Part shown: one piece after another, positions 44,649-46,619 of the stretch
Position numbering within the stretch: position 1 is the stretch's first letter
Layout: each line of letters begins with the position of its first letter
Source: Thecamonas trahens ATCC 50062
Lineage: Eukaryota; Protista; Apusomonadida
NCBI RefSeq assembly: GCF_000142905.1
Contig: NW_013657673.1
Location: 571,976-618,594 of the forward strand
DNA: 46,619 bases
Reading direction: 5' to 3'
Notes under the pieces: generated by a model
Databases searched by the model: none
Seen by the model: only the letters and a program-made list of their open reading frames with translations
What the model was told of the DNA's origin: nothing
Translations under genes and position numbers: made by a program

Positions 44649-45710
44649 CTACGATGTCGCGGACGACGCGGATGACGACTCGGACGGTGCTGATGCCGAG
44701 GCGGCAGCAGACGCAGAAACGGCAACGACCGGGTCCGATATGACGATGTGTTTCGGGACGACGACCGCATCCGAGTCGGCGGCTAGCGAGTTAGCTGAGA
44801 GCGAGATGGCGGCATCGGACATGGTGCGGGAGCGATGACGGGCGAGCGAGCCGAGGTCTCCCAGCTCGGTCCCCGTAGCATCGTCGTCAACCGCCTTGAG
44901 TGTCCCGCCGACGTAGTACTCGTCGATCTCGAGCTGAGCCTCTCTGCGGAGGATGAGGCGGATGTCGAGAAAGTTGCCCACCACGATGGCGAGGATGTTG
45001 ACGAGGACGCCAATCATCACAACTATTCTCCGCAGCATGTAGTCGACAAAGGTGCCTCCGTAGAGTACACCGGCCGTCGCCGCGAGGACCAGCACCGCCA
45101 GCCTGTTGTGCAGCGGCGATCGGTAGGGCCGTTTGGCGCCGAGGTGGAAGACGGCCAATGCGAGGATGAAGACTGCGGCGTTGGCCTTGCTGGCATCGGT
45201 GGTAAAGAAGGTCATGGCCATGACCACACCGAGCTTGCGCACCATGATGGTGACCTCAAACCACCAGGCGGCCGTGCTAAAGCGGGCCACGAGGAAAGAG
45301 AAGCGGAGGAGGAAGATTGTGGGTGGAAGCGCCGCCCGCTGGCTCCGCAGCAGACCGAAGGCGGCGGTAGGTACGCCGATGGCATAGATGACCACAGCGA
45401 CCAAGCCTGGAACAAACAGCCCTGTCCACCAGGCAACGTCGTAGCATCGGCGCGTCGGCTCGGCCGCCATCAGCCAGGTGCCCGACTCGTCGCGGCGGCA
45501 GCCAAAGATGGCAAACGCTGCCTGGGCGAGCGGGAGGTAGAGGAGAACCAGAATCTGAAAGAGAGCACGAGCGTAGGCGCCGATGAGCATGGGCTTGCAC
45601 AGCAAACGTACGCGTATGCCAACAGGGACTGGACAAAGCTAGCAGGCAATGGGATGAACTCGGGTGACGTTGAGGTCGATGGGGTAGGGCGCGGTTGATC
45701 GATCAGATCT
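44649..45710 (-). CDS. 3' part of a multi-pass (~7TM, TRP-C-terminal-like) membrane protein of the type common in protist surface-protein families
   Basis: FGCRRDESGTWLMAAEPTRRCYDVAWW, RFSFLVARFSTAAWWFEVTIMVRKL and RPYRSPLHNRL with alternating hydrophobic helices; probable acceptor CAG near 45710 and a possible 1-nt frameshift at ~45605; upstream exons not resolved. Confidence 0.7.
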
Positions 45711-46442
45711 GCAGATCAACCATGACCACGACACAACAGGGTCAACACAAAATACGTTACATGCAACACTACTGACCATGACTGACGACAACAAAGTTGA
45801 GAATCGATAGTGTAGTGAGCAACGGTCGATCATGGATGTGGACGTCAAGGTCGAAGAAAACAGGGGAGTCAAGAACAAAAAAGCATGACGAATAATGATA
45901 CAAAGCAACAACAAGAGCAAAGGCAATGATCAATGAGAATGCATGTCGATTGTAGTCAACCATCACAGCCAAGAGCAACCACAGCCGAACATGAAGGCCG
46001 ACAATAGCAACAACAAAGCATGTGGAACCATGAACGGCAAAGAACAGAAACATGGATAGCAACCAACAAGAGAAGCAGAAAGAATCGAATGATCAATGAA
46101 CAATAATCAATGACAATCAATTGAATGTCAAACAATCGAACAAGTGACGAATGGCGAATCATGAAATGTTGAATGACATTCATGTCACCCACCAACCCGC
46201 ACATGCGACTCAGACGAACGTGTGACACGGGCAAGTGTCAATGGGGGGATGGGGATTGTGAATCACCATCAAAGACTCAATTCACGCCCATGAACAGCCA
46301 TGCGCATGATGAGATGAAGGATGAGTATGGTGGAATGGGTAAGAATGTGGATGTTGGTCATGGGTGGGATGGGTAGGGGTGGCAAGGGGGCAGTGAGTGG
46401 CGAGTGGAGTAAGTGGTGGTCAGTGGGGAGGAATGGAGTGGG

Positions 46443-46514
46443 GCTAGGGTTGATGAGGCATCAGCTAGGGTTGACGAGGCATCAGCTAGGGTTAGGGTTA
46501 GGGTTAGGGTTAGG
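46443..46514 (+). repeat. Telomere-type (TTAGGG)n tract of ~5 units preceded by a 21-bp duplicated unit
   Basis: ctagggttagggttagggttagggttagg at 46486-46514; gctagggttgaYgaggcatca twice at 46443-46484. Confidence 0.9.
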
Positions 46515-46547
46515 TGCAGCTTGGGGTCGGTGCCGGGGGTGAGGCTT

Positions 46548-46569
46548 TAGGTAGGTAGGTAGGTAGGTA
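46548..46569 (+). repeat. (TAGG)n microsatellite
   Basis: taggtaggtaggtaggtaggta directly visible. Confidence 0.85.
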
Positions 46570-46619
46570 CGTTTCCTTTTATTTTGATTTGTGATTGATT
46601 ATTTTTCTTTTTTTTTTTG

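Noticed and set aside
46486-46514. True chromosome end
   Set aside because: Only ~5 units, followed by non-telomeric sequence.

Overview
GC-rich, gene-dense eukaryotic DNA with few GT-AG introns, two assembly gaps and TTAGGG repeats. Gene content and style suggest a free-living protist; an apusomonad such as Thecamonas trahens is a plausible but unverified guess. About 14 protein-coding genes are supported, in order: a (GKK)n/Ser-Tyr repeat protein; a type I membrane metalloprotease (reprolysin/M72-like + 5 TSP1 + TM + 2 SH3 + Pro-Lys tail); an At4g16180-like membrane protein; SFT2; an ankyrin-like/coiled-coil protein; a ~4,430-aa multidomain protein; a full-length ELMO/CED-12; Vps68/TMEM50; a TylF/NovP O-methyltransferase; a myosin-light-chain-like EF-hand protein; a novel triple-repeat protein; CDT1; a multi-TM + degenerate STAND NTPase + TPR + DEP protein; and the 3' part of a multi-pass membrane protein. 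About ten genes or gene parts are split by frameshifts that each resolve by adding one base to a homopolymer, most likely sequencing undercalls, so the ORF track fragments the real genes. The most novel item is the giant protein, which combines L-type lectin domains, four bacterial-style OmpA-C-like (peptidoglycan-binding fold) domains, CxCxCH/CCxC linkers, kelch repeats and filamin repeats, and ends 62 bp upstream of ELMO. All domain calls come from motif recognition by eye; no searches were run.
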